Shown: in pieces, positions 26,037 to 40,600 of the stretch
How the letters are laid out: every line of letters starts with the position of its first letter
Numbering within the stretch: position 1 is the stretch's first letter
Assembly: GCA_964016885.1 (NCBI GenBank)
Contig: OZ024742.1
Span: 21,390,001 to 21,454,000, forward strand
Origin: Eledone cirrhosa
Lineage: Eukaryota
Direction of reading: 5' to 3'
Length of the DNA stretch: 64,000 bases
The notes under the pieces: generated by a model
Databases searched by the model: none
Told to the model about the DNA's origin: nothing
The model's input: the letters and a program-made list of their open reading frames with translations, nothing else
Program-made: the position numbers and the translations under genes

Positions 26037-27127
26037 GTAGAAAGGATGAATATAAAATGAAAGTGCTTTTGTTAAACCAGTGTCCAACCAGGAATGTGTC
26101 CGTTGAACAATCAGTGTCTTGAACGCAACATCGTATACAAATGTACTATCGAATCGGATAGACAGAAGTGGTACTATGTGGGATCTACAGCCACCTCCTT
26201 TAAATCACGCCTTTATAGACATCGTTATTCGATAAAACATGAAAACCAGCGTTATGTAACAACACTCGCAGACAAGGCTTGGCAGCTGCGTGAAAATAAC
26301 CAACAATTTCACCTAAAATGGGATATAATAGCGACTGCCCCCCCATATTCCAATGGACAGGAATTTTGTAAATTATGTAATGTAGAATTATTTTGTATTA
26401 TGAAATCCAAAAACATTTTATTAAATAACAGAATAGAGCGATCGTTATACTGTAACCATCGCTTAAAATCTACATTTTCATATTATAAATACTACCAGGA
26501 TTGAACGCCTGTCTCTATCCCCGTTTGATTGTCAAAATAGATATGAACATTCTTTATTAGTCTTAATTCTATCAACTCTTCTATTATTTACCTTTTAATA
26601 CAAACTGCTATAGATAAAATGAGATTTCTGATTTTTTGATTCAATTCCCTAGTGGAAATACCAGCTGACTACTAGCATTGATGTTATTTAGTAGCAATCG
26701 AAATCTCCCCCTTCCCCAATTGACACTTTACTGCACCAAATGACCAGCCCTGTCCACTGTCCAGTTGGTCAAGTAGAGATTAAAATCGGCACTCCCAAAA
26801 TTCTTATTTAGATTTACTCTTGGTATTCTCATTAAAAACCCATTATATACTTGTTTAGCAGTAAATTATTTTACCATCTGTCATATTCTATACCCTCTGT
26901 TCCTTCCTCTTTTACTAATATAAATACTTCAATTTTTCTGATTTTATCCAGTTTATCCAAAATCTCTGAAGAAGTGACAACTGATTATACATTTGCTATC
27001 GAATACTTGCTAACATTATATGATTACGCAAGCAGCGATACATAGGTATTCGGTCTGTTACAGAAACATATGTCAATACCTAATAAATTCCTTTTTTAAC
27101 AAAAGCACTTTCATTTTATATTCATCC

Positions 27128-27133
<6 letters not shown>
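26037..27133 (+). mobile_element. 5'-truncated Penelope-like (Naiad-type) element: GIY-YIG end, 3' UTR/pLTR and inverted terminal copy
   Basis: CPLNNQCL..NIVYKC..YYVGST..FKSRLYRH..FCKLCNVE (26094-26504). A decayed CUGAAGA...GAAU core at about 26966-27004. About 26039-26075 is the reverse complement of about 27096-27133. Confidence 0.85.
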
Positions 27134-27164
<31 letters not shown>

Positions 27165-27171
27165 TATAATA

Positions 27172-27277
<106 letters not shown>

Positions 27278-28261
27278 GAAATAGCACTGAAAATATATTG
27301 AAGGGTCTGTTTGTTTTTTTTTCGTGTTTTTTCTTTGATTGGTCAAAGTGACATTATTGAAAAAATGAGAGAGTCAAAGAAAAAGGTGTTGCGAAAACTT
27401 ACCTTATTAATTCTTTTTAATTGTAATACTCAACATTTGATAAGCTGATTTTCTTTAATACATCGGAACCGGTAATAATTGATAAACTTCATATACATTA
27501 AAACACTCTTTTTTAAAAGAATTGTCCCCCTTCTTTTTTCAATAATGCCACTTTGACGAATCAAAGAAAAGAAAACAAAGAAAAACAGACACTTAAATAT
27601 ATTTTCAGTGCTATTCCCAATTTCACCTTCTCTCTATAACCACTGTTTTGTATAGAACCTTTATCACACCCCTAGATTCCTATCGCTTTCTCTTGATCAG
27701 TAACATCTTCACTTACAACTACAACTAATACATGCCAACTATATATGCTCACTCCACCTTTTCCTTCACTGCTCTGTATACACACATACACACACTTATA
27801 TTAACATACTTTTGCTCATAGCTTCGTACTTACATGCACACACACTCATTACTTACATATACACACACATTTCTTCTTAGCTTTGTACGGATGTATAATA
27901 ACACAAACTCACACACACATGCTTACGCACGTGCACAAGTATAGCACAAGTATATATTTTTTTCATTTAAGGTAGACGCACTCCATCATTCAATTTTCCA
28001 AAAAATAAATCATACACAAAACGTCACCACCTACAGTTTTGCAAGAGATGTCAAATGGACCTGTTATTTTTTATCTAAAGACACTTTCTCCAATTCCAGC
28101 ATGCCCGTCCCCTCAATCTATCTTATTTCTCATTCTTTCTTCTGATGAATGAGTAGCGTCCGAAACATTAAGACCCTGTTCCTGCTATATCAAGCGTCAA
28201 CTTAATATATCCCTTCCATATACTGTACCGATTGTGTTGTTATTTCTGTTTACCTTGTACA

Positions 28262-28381
<120 letters not shown>

Positions 28382-28646
28382 CATATATACATATACATAT
28401 ATATAAAAGAAAATTTCGCTATGCATGACTGCATACAATAAATGTAATCTGAGTTTTTCGAATATTAATAATAACATTCGATTCGTTTGCAATTATGCAA
28501 ACAAGCCTCAATTTTATAGCCATGTCAGTAGAATGAACACTTCATTCTTGCTCTTAACATCTGGAACATTCTTGTATATATACATACATATATATATATA
28601 TATATATAGAGATTACAGCAATCAAAGTTCAGTTTAAGTCATTTAT

Positions 28647-28695
28647 TTGCTTACAATTGTTTCCTCCAAACCGAGGTTTGGATTCTTCGGAGCAA
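28647..28695 (-). ncRNA. Decayed type I hammerhead (core CCGAAGA)
   Basis: UUGCU-CCGAAGA-aUCCAAAC cucg GUUUGGAg-GAAACAAUUGUA-AGCAA, with one core substitution. Confidence 0.6.
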
Positions 28696-29465
28696 CTATT
28701 TATAACATACTTGACCTCCTTTTCAACCCAAGAGACACATAAAACATATGCGCATATTGATCAACAGTGGGGTGACATTCATCAAATGATATAGCATGGC
28801 AATTTACATATAAATGTTACAGGATAAAAATAAAATAAAAACAAGAGTGAAAATAAGAGTGAAAATAAAGATAAACATGAAGCGTTGGCAGTCTATGAAG
28901 ATAAAGCAAGAGGAAAGCTTAGAGTAGTCAGTGTATGAAACAATCTCCCGTGTAGCATGCACGCGTGTCTTATTTATACATGATTAGAGTGCGTCAGAAT
29001 GATATTTGCAGGGTCAGGCAGTTGAAGCTGGCAATCGATCTTATTATGTAGGCTGAATTATTAAGTCATTTATTCTCATACATCTGTATGATATACAGTC
29101 TCGGATGCGGGGAAACACCAAAATATCAAAAACCTTCAACATACTATAAACCTTATTGTATCGTAGGCAAGGCCGTACCACTGTCCTTGCTCACACCACC
29201 ACTCACATAATCCATGAGACGCAATATATATATAGAGAACACGCGTCTATTGTATAATTCGCGGTGGTTCAGCATATACATCTGTAAAACAACTGATGTT
29301 ATTACATTGAGCTATTTATCTTACTTGTAATAGGATAGTAATTAATGACTATCTCTCACTATTTAGGGTTTGTGTATATATAATATATTACCATTAAAGG
29401 TTTTATTGCATACATAACCATAAATAGTACCCTTAATACTATCTCTCTCTCTCTCTCTCTCTCTC

Positions 29466-29533
<68 letters not shown>

Positions 29534-29535
29534 TA

Positions 29536-30105
29536 CGTTATTCCGGGTTGAATCGGAGGTAACCACAGTAAGTAAGGTAGTCAATACATAGCAGAGTATA
29601 AAGGTTTTAATATAGATGAGATTCTACAGGACTAGACCTGTTTCATTCTTTAGAAATCATCAGGAATCTGGCTTTCCAAAATCAAATGTTGTGGTATTTA
29701 TATCTTTTCAGGTGGTAGGAGAGGGTGGGGAGTGGGATGGGTGGAGGTCGTTGGTTGAAAGAAAAGGGAATTCATTAAAAGCTAATTCTTTAAGGCTATA
29801 ATTTATATTTACAGTGGCAAAAGCAGAAATAATTCTATAAACAAGTTCAGAATGGGGTGCCACTCCTTATTTTTAAGTTTCTCTTAAGCTATCAATGCCT
29901 ATATTTCAGGTGTCTATAAGATGGATGGGGGTTGGTCATGGTTGATGGATTTAAAGAAAAGGGAAATTCTTTAAAAGCTAGTTCTTTAAAGCTCTACTTA
30001 GAGTGGCAAAGGCCAAGAGAATTCTATAAACCAGTTCCAAATATTGGGTGCCTATCATATCATTATTGTCATATTTCTCTCAAGCTATATTCCAGGTGTC
30101 AACAG
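29536..30105 (-). mobile_element. Family A pLTR element with intact hammerhead (29619-29669) and an upstream imperfect ~200-bp tandem duplication
   Basis: 29536-29669 matches 25751-25883 in reverse, with stem III CAGG/CCUG. About 29708-29900 resembles about 29906-30100. Confidence 0.75.
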
Positions 30106-30126
30106 ACACATTCACACACACACACA

Positions 30127-30219
<93 letters not shown>

Positions 30220-30256
30220 CATAATATACATACATATATACATACATATATATATA

Positions 30257-31435
30257 TTCCATTCAATGCTCCCCAGGCTTTTCCCAGTCTGATGTTAACA
30301 TCATGTTCTGTGGAGGCAATATAGCTACCCAGGTATTTGAAGTCGTCAACTTACTTGATTATATTGCCGTTTAGACTTCGCATACCATCTGAGGAGTCTT
30401 GGTTCAGGCAAATATATTCTGTTTTGCCTGCGTTGATATAGAGTCCGATTTCCTTTGCAACTAATTTGATGCTGTGAAGTAGTGATGTTGCTAAATCATC
30501 CGCATAGTCAGCATCGGTGATTTTCTGAGCTGCATGTCTTTTACACTTTCGCTTTGTGAGAGTGAAACCAAGCTCTAAGTTTTCGTCCAGGGCTTTTCTC
30601 AATACATAGTCGAGGCAGAAGATAAACATATATGGTACAAGATTATCCACCTGGAGTACTCCTGCAATAATGTCAAAGAAGTTGGTATCTCCATCAGGTG
30701 AGCGTACAATTGCGCGGGTGTTTTTATATAACATCATGATGGCATTTACTGTTTCCTTTGGCAAGCTGTAGGCTAGAAGTATCTCTCTCATCCTCCCACG
30801 ATGGATGGAATCGAATGCTTTTGAAAAGTCAATAAACAGGAGAGTTGCTGGGAGGTTTTTGGCTTTTACACCTTCCAAGATACGCCGAATAGTAAGTATT
30901 TGCCCTGATGTTGATCTGTTGGTGCGGAAGCCATTTTGGTTTTTTCTCAGCAATGGAAAAGATATAGAAATCAAACCTGCCGGCCAAGCTGAAAAGGAAT
31001 TTCTTCAGAGCTGCTGTGGAATCTGTACTTGTTTATGGCTCTATCACTTGGACGCTAACGTCGAAACTGGAGGAAAAGCTAGACGGGGCATACACAGGTG
31101 TGCTCCGTGCTGCTTTAAACGTGTCTTGGAGGGAACACCCAACAAATAAGGATCTCTATGGCAATATGCCACCTGCCAGCAGGTCAATACGTGGACAGAG
31201 ACTCAGATTTGCTGGCCACTGTTGGCGCAGCAAGGAAGAAATAGCAGATGATGTGTTGTTATGGAGTGCATCTCATGGAGCAAGAAACGCTGGTCGTCCA
31301 AGAAGACATACGTCAAGCAACTTGAGGACGATACTGGATGCACTGCGGAAGAACTGGCAAACGGTATGAGAGACGGAGATGGATGTAGGAAACGTGTCGT
31401 AGAAGGCCGAGCAAGCTCGACCTGATGATGATGAT
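30257..31435. mobile_element. RTE-clade LINE fragment with 5' inversion (30257-30952 minus, 30953-31435 plus) and (TGA)n tail
   Basis: Minus part: QNGFR, FIDFSKAFDSIHR, GVLQ, DYADDLA, FKYLGS. Plus part: VESVLVYGSITWTLT, RLRFAGHCWRS, GRP. Tail cctgatgatgatga. Confidence 0.92.
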
Positions 31436-31455
31436 ATATATATATATATATGTAT

Positions 31456-31492
<37 letters not shown>

Positions 31493-31559
31493 CATATATA
31501 CACATATACATACACACACATACACATATATACACACACACAGATATATACATATACAC

Positions 31560-31608
<49 letters not shown>

Positions 31609-31758
31609 CACATATACATACATATACATATATATACATATATACATACATATAAATATACACAGATATAAACATATACAAACACATCTACAGAAAAACA
31701 CATATATATACACATATACAAAATACATAAAAACATACACAAATATATATATATATAT

Positions 31759-31868
31759 AACAAAGGAATTGTGGTAAGGAACCAGATGGACCATAACGCA
31801 CCAGAGTACTCAATACTTAGGGTAGAAGAGTGGAAAATAGGAAGAAGTATGGGGTCATACTTTTTCCT

Positions 31869-31870
<2 letters not shown>
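31759..31870 (-). mobile_element. Family B pLTR terminus in (TA)n
   Basis: aacaaaggaattgtggtaaggaaccagatggaccataacgcaccagagtactcaatac is shared with 43071 and 61491, and is flanked by (TA)n on both sides. Confidence 0.7.
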
Positions 31871-31941
<71 letters not shown>

Positions 31942-34900
31942 AGAATGTTCCGGATGATAAGTGTAGGAAATACAAAGGGCAACATTTCCTTTAATAAACG
32001 ACGTATTACTATTGTTTCTAGTCTGCATCAGCTTGTTAATGATATTTACTAAAATATCACAATCGAATAAACGAGGTAGAAGCTTATATTACTTTCATTA
32101 TCCTGATGTAAGAGAGTAATTTACCGAGGACGTCATTAACAAATGCTATTTTACATGCACATCCAAGAGGGATCTACCAGTAGAAGAGAACATTCGTTGA
32201 TATCATATATAATTCCGAAGTCCTCTTTGGAAAACATTGGAAATTCGCATGAAATTGAAATATCAGTATTATTTATAAGATCGTTCTTGTTGAGAATGTT
32301 CACAACCTGGTGATTGATGATCTGGAAATGTTATGAGACGTATTGCAATTCGTGTTTCAACTCTCGCTACTAACGGTAATAAACTATTTCCTTTATTTCT
32401 CATAAAAGCTAATATCGCATTTCTTATATCATGTCCTGTAAAGGGGGAATACAAATAATTTCTTATGAAAAGAGGATATGCTATTAGTTTGTTGGCTTCA
32501 GAAACAAATGTCAATTGGAAGTAATATAATGATATACTACTTTCGAGAAAGATAAAGTGAGAGAGTGAGGGAGAGTAAGCTAGCCATTTAGTTCTCAATA
32601 ATGCATGCAAGGAACAATTTGTAACTATTTCACTTGACTTACATATAAAATACTCATTTTTCATCTCCTTAGCTTTAAATAAAACCTAATCAATTATCGA
32701 TTGCAAAAGATTTTCACTACCGTGAATCTAAAGATGTGTTATGTACAATGGCGTACTTACCACCTTCTTTCCCACGCTGAACCTTCTTTTTAAATGTATC
32801 ATATTTGAATAGTCAATTAGGGAGAAAGTTACCTACTGCATTCCTAAAGTACGAAATTATACATTTTTAATATGGAGGGCAAAACATTCTAAATAAATAT
32901 AAATTTGTAAGATAAAACAATACAAGTCATTGGTTAATGGTGTATTATTTAAGTTGCATGTAAGTATGACAACTCCGGGATTATTTCGTTCACACTAAAC
33001 CTTCCCAGCAATGCAAATATTTTACCCTAGTCGTGAAAATACCTTCCATGAGTCCACTTAACTCACACATATATGAATGCGCGTTAACATTCCTAAATAA
33101 ATGTAAAATGTTGGAAGCACTGATATGGATATTTTACTAAAACTGATATGTTTGCCTCTCGTTGAAAAATACAGGTAATTTGAATCCTGTTCCACATAGA
33201 ACCCTGCTGGTCCTTGCTTTATCTATTTAGACACCATTATTCAAAGCTAGTTTTCTGTTAATGACATTTCAAGAATGGGTAGCAACGGAAATATCACTCT
33301 TCATGGAAAATATACATAAAAATAAAATTCATTATTTAGTCTGAATATGGTAACTGGAGAAACCTAGAATACTTAAGGAGTTTTAGATAATTAGAAAACT
33401 GTTATGGCCTGAAACTGTACAAGAATGTAGAAACCATTTTAGACAATGCAGGCTGAAATAGATCGTGTTGGTGGAATCAACATACGTGCTTCGATCTTAT
33501 TAAACTTCTCCACTGACACATATTTACTTAGCATGTTGACTAGACTAGATCGGCCAAATGAAAGTGATATTGTAAGTGTGTACCTTATACTTTTCTGAAC
33601 TAGTAAATCTAATGACAAAATGTAATATTACACCAGACATAGGATCGAACTATTTCGTTTATTTCGTTTTAAATCTTACTAATCGAAATAAATGATATAG
33701 CGACAGAAAGGTAAAAAAAAAGAAAATTGAACATAAATTTAATATTTCTTTAGCGGATAATCAATAGCCCAAAATATCTGTTGGGAAAGATCCATTGATT
33801 GAGAACACATCCAACTGGACTATAATTATGATTATGACAATAGCTGTATATAACGCCATTTTTGTTTAGCAATGCTGATATCGAAAATATATAACCTATG
33901 CTTAATCTAAATCGTTTGATGTTATAAAATCGCCTAATGTAATGTCTTCAAAATTTCCATGATATTTGGAATGGAATAGTTCTAAATATCTTTCCTATAA
34001 TCATGTTGTGCATTATGTCATCAACCAGTCACTTCTGTGTACTGATCACAACGTAGCGCTAAGTAAATATACAATTATTGGTAACGGTAAATATCCTCAA
34101 GTGAATATATATTTGAAAACGTACAAGAGATATTTTCAATAAGGAAGAGAAAACAAAAACAAATAGGAATAATTTCTAAATTCATATAACTATCATATTG
34201 TTTTACAGAGATTTGGAATGTCGGAAATGAAAGGGTGTTGAGTTAAATGCTTAATTGTGTTAAATTCTAAATCTACCCAAGTTTATACTGACTTTCTTCC
34301 TCCTGGGGTTTATTATGAAACAAAAGCTAAATACTCGCCTCAATTTAATGGATTATGATTTATCATTGTATATTTGTAGCGTGTACTAATATGAGAAATG
34401 CTAATGTATTTTTAGACAATGTAACGAAGCACATCACAATTGTCCTAAAGAAATATCGTGAATGAGATCCCACCCACATCAGAGATGACAGCTATTTTAT
34501 GATCTCACAACCTACAGCAATCTAATCCAAACCAATTCAGAGCCTTCTTACACCTGTTGGAGAAAACCCTCTCTGGTTGACCTCCACAGATTTCTATTTG
34601 GTTTTGACCCTGTTATGGATGTACTTCTACTCACCCTGCTTGGCTAAATGCGGTTGGTGAGGCCATTTAATGCATAGTTGTGTCGATAGTCTTTTACGTT
34701 GAGGTATTCATCCACACTTTGGATATTCATGGTTAAGATGGCTGTTGTCTTCATATGTGAAATGAGAGTAGCCTTCTGTAGGAAGACACACATTGCCCTG
34801 ATTCCACTTGAGGTTATATCTTAGGGGCATAAGTTTCACATGGGTGTCTGTGAGTGCGCTAACGAAGGCCTGAAGGAATAAGGTAATCAATGAGCAATGA

Positions 34901-35301
34901 TGTAGTTTGATCGGACGGCATCGATCTAAAAGACGGATATATTTCATAAGCGGGCAATTTAGATGGCCGATTGTTTAGTCAGAAGTGGATGGAAACGTTG
35001 CTGTTAATGCTGTTAATCCAATTGAATATAGGCTCCTTCAAGTAATCGATATCTGAACAGACTAACTAATGTCATATAAGTGGATGGTTAAATATCAAGT
35101 GTTCTTGTTAGAAGCACCTCACTGCAAACTACACCGGTTTCGATTATCGCCATGGCTATTATTAATACAGTTCTAAAATTCACATTTCATATCAAATGTC
35201 AGTTTCAATCAATACATGAACTGACTCCTATGATGTCCTAGATGTGTATCTATGTAAGAAAATAATATTTGTCGAATATATCTATGGGTGTTATTATACA
35301 A

Positions 35302-35442
35302 AGGCGCATGGCTTAGTAGTTAGAGCATTGGGCTTGCAATCGAAAAGTTGTGAGTTCAATTCTCGGACCGGGTGATGTGTAGTTTCCTTGAGCAAGACAC
35401 TTTATTTCACGTTGCTCCAGTTTACTCAGCTGTAGAAATGAG
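35302..35442 (+). mobile_element. tRNA-derived SINE, family 2 (CORE-like central block)
   Basis: TGGCTTAGTAGTTAGAGC A box, GAGTTCAATTCTC B box, then CCTTGAGCAAGACACTTTA. Confidence 0.7.
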
Positions 35443-35824
35443 ATGATAGGACTAGGGTTCCTATCATTAAATTACCCAAGAGACTTCCAGCGAGATATAC
35501 TTTGCAGGTGGCCAGCTAAACATGCATAGATGTGAGCTGTCACACACATACAAAGGGTAGATAAGTGCAATATATTACCTCATAATTTTAGGCATTAACT
35601 GTAATAGGAAGATTTAAGAACGTATATAATTTGGTGATATAGTAGACGTTTAATGAAATAGTACTTATCCTCACATACAAGTGCAATATACTAATAGAGA
35701 TCATAACCTAAAGTAAATTAAAGGAAACACCAATAATATTCAGATCATTATGAGGAAATTGGAAACTTTCAAATTTCCCCTAAGATTACAAACTATAATA
35801 GTTAATAATACACACGCTAAACAT

Positions 35825-35856
<32 letters not shown>

Positions 35857-35859
35857 GTT

Positions 35860-35901
<42 letters not shown>

Positions 35902-35987
35902 CATAATACATATTTATATATATATATCTGGTAGATATTATAGGTGAATCAAAATATAATAACGCTTGTACATACATACATACATAC

Positions 35988-36029
<42 letters not shown>

Positions 36030-36162
36030 TGTATATATCTATATATATATATATATATATATATATAACCAAAGATTAGTATGGTTCATTGATTACTCAA
36101 GGAATACAATTTTACAATAGATTAGAAGCACTCAACAAAAAGGTTTTCCTGGTGTTTTTAAT

Positions 36163-36505
36163 ATTATTCTAAATGTTAACAAATGAAAAATATTCTCATA
36201 ATCAAAATATATACTTTATTATATATATTTCAAAGGTACTGTGTTGTCTTTTCAGTTCGTCCTCATCAGACAAACTATATGATTTGATATATGACATACC
36301 GCTACAGTCTTCATTATTAAATTCCAGTATTGGCAGTACTGGAATTTAATAATGAAGACTGTAGCGGTATGTCATATATCAAATCATATATTTTGTCTGA
36401 TGAGGACGAACTGAAAAAACAACACAGTACCTTTGAAATATATATATTAAAATATATATTTTGATTATGAGAATACTTTTCATTTGTTAACATTTTGAAT
36501 AATAT
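36163..36505. mobile_element. Fold-back element (~165-bp arms) carrying a hammerhead on each strand
   Basis: Inverted repeat centred near 36333. CUGAUGA-GGAC...GAAA-UAUAUA-UA at about 36391-36453 (+) and 36215-36274 (-). Lies between (TA)n arrays. Confidence 0.8.
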
Positions 36506-36530
36506 ATATACATATATATAATATATATAT

Positions 36531-36589
<59 letters not shown>

Positions 36590-36817
36590 TAGCTGAGCTA
36601 CTCAGTGATACCCGGGTATTTTATGAAAGTTACGATATATTTGTCACACATTACAAAATATTTGACCATTCAAATATGATTGTTGAATTTTAACCAAAGT
36701 AGGAATTATAGCAGAATATTTATTGCCGTTTGGTCAAAGTAAATCATCTAGATAAAAATATTAGTTTTTTCCAGTGGTGATTTTTTGAATACTGCTCCCT
36801 ATTATACTCAGCATATA

Positions 36818-37000
36818 TAATTGTTTCTACTTTTGGCACCAGGCCAGCAATTATCCCAGTGCATTACTGGTACTTTATTTTATAGACCCTGTAAGGATGA
36901 AAGGCAAAGTTAAGCTCGGCGGGATTTGAACTCAGATCATAAAGGGAGGTAACTCTATGCTTCAAAGCATGGCGCCCGACCCTCTACCGATACTGCCAAA
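36818..37000 (-). mobile_element. SINE family 1 nested in the Helitron 3' region
   Basis: Reverse complement of the full SINE. Confidence 0.85.
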
Positions 37001-37689
37001 GATCAATCATTAGGTATGTTGTCAGTGAAAAGGGCATGACCCCAAAAATACATTTAGATTTTTTTATTTACCCTTTTTTTTGGGGGGGGGGGGCTCAATC
37101 TGAACCTCTCAAATTCAAACAACATGTAAAGACTATTTAAAAAACCATAAATAAAATAAGAAAAAAAATTTAGTATTGGTTGAATGAAGCATTTACTCAC
37201 TCATTTCTGTAATTCGGGGAAAGTGTAGTTAAATTTGTACGCTGTAGCTTTCACCAATCTTTGCCTCTATGGCAGTAGGATCTTGTTTGAGGGAGATTTG
37301 TTTTCTCTTTCTATAAGCTATACCAACAGTTATAGTGGCTCACATGACATACATAGATACATACACACACATGTATGTGTGTAAGACAGTTGTTTGTGAT
37401 TTGAAATGGATTTTGCTAATATTTCAAGTAGATCGAGTTATCACATAGAACCATTCCTTTTTGCTTCATACATATATACATACCTGAGAAAGTAAGGTGG
37501 GATTTGAAGGGAATTTGGCTGCTATTTCTACCCAACAAAGTCCTCACTTATACTACTTTATACAGCAGAGGTACCCGGGAATGCCTGCATATTCTTCCAA
37601 AGTAACACCATGCAGTAAATTTGCGGCTTCAGAATTCCTTGCAAACTACATGACTAAGGAATTAGGATCTGTGTGTATTGTCATTGAAT

Positions 37690-40600
37690 GAGGAATTACG
37701 ACATTGCTCATTCCAAAGCCTCTGGATAAACAACATTCTTGGTTTTGCCCTGTGGTGCCACAATGAAGAGACAATCAGGGTTCCCAACCCTTGTTGTGCC
37801 AACATAGAGTTAACTATGTCAAAAGACAGGATCTGCCAGATTCAACCCAACGACTTTCAACGATTGCCCTTGAAATTTATTAATGGTCATGGCAAAACTG
37901 AGCCTGATCGGAAATTGAAGTCTTTAAAATTCAAATGGCAAATCAGTTGGCTTCAGAGGTATTCTGCGAATGAAACAAATGTCACCAGCAAATGTTCCTG
38001 ACATGACTGCAACTTCTAGAACATTGGACATTATATTTTTGATGATGAGTTTTGTGCCATTACAAACTTTTGGAGGATCCAGATTGCGAAGTAGCATAAC
38101 CGATGCTCCAAGCTTCAGTATCAGGTTGTGTGGAGGAATTGCCGCTTGTTCAAGACTGTTCAAAAATTCAGTTGGATAGTTTACAACCTGGTCTTGAGAA
38201 GTGATTGTGTCAACGGATTTGTAGCATATTTTCTCTCCCGGTAACATCTCCAGCAGCCTTCTATTGATTTCTTTCAAATCAACATTTTTAGGTACTAAGA
38301 TTGCTCGTTCACAGAGCCATTTCGGATTACATTGCCTGGTCTGAATGTTTGGAAACACTCTGGCAATCAGTTCTTGTTCTGTGTCAATGATATGGCCAAA
38401 TGACAACTGAATATGGTCATTGGAGTCCTTTTCAAGAAATCCATTTCCCAATTTAAGTAGTTGGATGGCAAACTCACTCACATCTTCGTCACCAGTTAAG
38501 TGCACTCTCATGTTAGTTGTAAAGCTCAGCAGTTGAAATTGGGGCCAGAGAAAGGATGTTTTTAGACAGGCATTGACCTGATCAGCTCGAGTCCCTCGAA
38601 GAATTACAGGCAGAGTTTGTCTGAAATCATCAGCAAGAACCATTGTCACTCCTCCCATTATGCAACTATATTCTCTCAGATCCCTTATCGTCCGGTCCAA
38701 AGCTTCAATTGCTCCTTTATGGCTCATAGTAGCTTCATCCCAAATTATCATATTGCATGTTTGCAGAAGCTTGCCCTTGGGTGAGTTCTTCTTGATGTTG
38801 CAAAAAGATTGTTCATGCCGTGTGAGATCTATGGGCAGCTTAAACATGGAGTGTGCAGTTCTTCCTCCATCCAGAAGTGTTGCTGTAATGCCACTTGAAG
38901 CCACAGCAAGGGCAATATGTTGCTTTTGGCGAACTTTTGCATGAGGAATGTCTTGCCTGTGCCAGCAGGAGCATCGATGAAGAAAAATCCTCCCCTATCA
39001 TTTTGAATGTTTTCGATGATGTGTTAGGCGTATTTCTGGTCATCCATCAATCGAGGTTCATTTTCATCCACAAACTTACGCAATGCTTGAATATCGTAGT
39101 TTGTCTCCTGAAAGATGTCTTGTGCTACCTCGATTTCTCCATCTGGTTCTGGCTACCCGCAGTTAGCTAATGTGCTATTCATTGGCTGAACTCCATGGGA
39201 CAAGTCACAGAGAGCTTGATTGTAAATCCTGGGGGGTATATTCCATATACATATTGCCATGATGTCTTCAGGCTAGGTGTAGAGAGTCGTCTGACATATT
39301 GTTTTTGTACCCCTGCCAGAGTAGATGAGCTTCATCAATTCCACATGATGTGAGCATAATAGCAAATAATTGTCTTATTTGACTGGCTACTTGAGTGATT
39401 GCTGCTTCTTCTAGACACTTCTTCCATTGTCCATTTTCATGCAGGAGTCCATCTTATTTACATGCTTCTTGGTATGTTGCGCACTCCCTTCCTCTGAAGC
39501 ACCTAAGATCCTCAAATAACGTTGGTCCTCGAACAGTATGCAGAAGTAGCCGTAAATAAAAACATTCTCTGTCGTTGGGATGGACATTGTTAACACGCCC
39601 AATAGCATCACTTGACTTGACTTCATGCCCTTCCACTAAATGACCCTGCTTTCTTCTATTCCAGGTCTTGCAATTGGTCCAGGTGTAGTATGTTGGGACT
39701 TCAGCATATAGGAGGCATCGAGCAAATTCATCATTCTGGCAGAGTTTAAATAAAGCAGTTAGTGTAGTGTCATGTGATGCTCGTGCCAACTGATGAGCAG
39801 TGATCTCAGTGAAGAACACTCTCTGTCCATTTTCCAGATGGACTGCGAGGTTGACCACTGTTGGGTAGCGTTCGTGAATATCAAATCCAAAGATTCGCCA
39901 GATAGCTTCATTACTGGAGATGTATCGACCTGTTTGATACGGTTTGACCTCATCCAGCCCACCATCATTGAGTTCTTTGTCAGTAATAAAGGTGGCCATC
40001 TCACTGCCCTTGTTGATATATTTTGAGACATATAGGATTGCCTTGACGGAGCTTTTAAAAGTTTACACAACAATTTGTTGTGTGGGACGCCCCACTGATT
40101 GTTTATGGTCAGCTCCTCTCCTCGAACTTTTAGGCTTTCAGTATTGCCTCCATGTTCTGGTCTACGCCTACGATAAAGGGGGTATCCATTATTGTCAGTC
40201 CGAGTTTCCCCAATAAAAGCTCTAGGATAATGTTTGCTGCATTCTGGATCTTACATGCAGGGAGGACTAGATTGATGACTCCACATGGACCATGAATGAG
40301 TTTGGGCTTGATGGTTTCAAAGAGCTCTGGATCACCACCTTTATCAAGCAACTCTGCTGAAATGATCTTATCAACATCATCTGGTCTTATCTTCTCCTTG
40401 CACCAGATTAATGTGTGAGAGTGAGGAAGACCTCTCTTCTGCCACTCACTAGTGGTCATCCAAGCACTAAGCTCACCAAAGATTCTTCCTTCTTTTAGGA
40501 GCCACATGAGTTTTTTTTTTTTTTTTTTGCTTTTCATGGAAATCCCGAGCAATGAGATCATGTCGATCCTTTGGATTTTGATTTTGAAATAATTCATTTG

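Noticed and set aside
31990-35290. Host exons or genes in the unique-looking AT-rich stretch (also 19540-21700)
   Set aside because: No recognisable domain or convincing exon by eye. Small exons or very old TE remnants cannot be excluded without RNA-seq.
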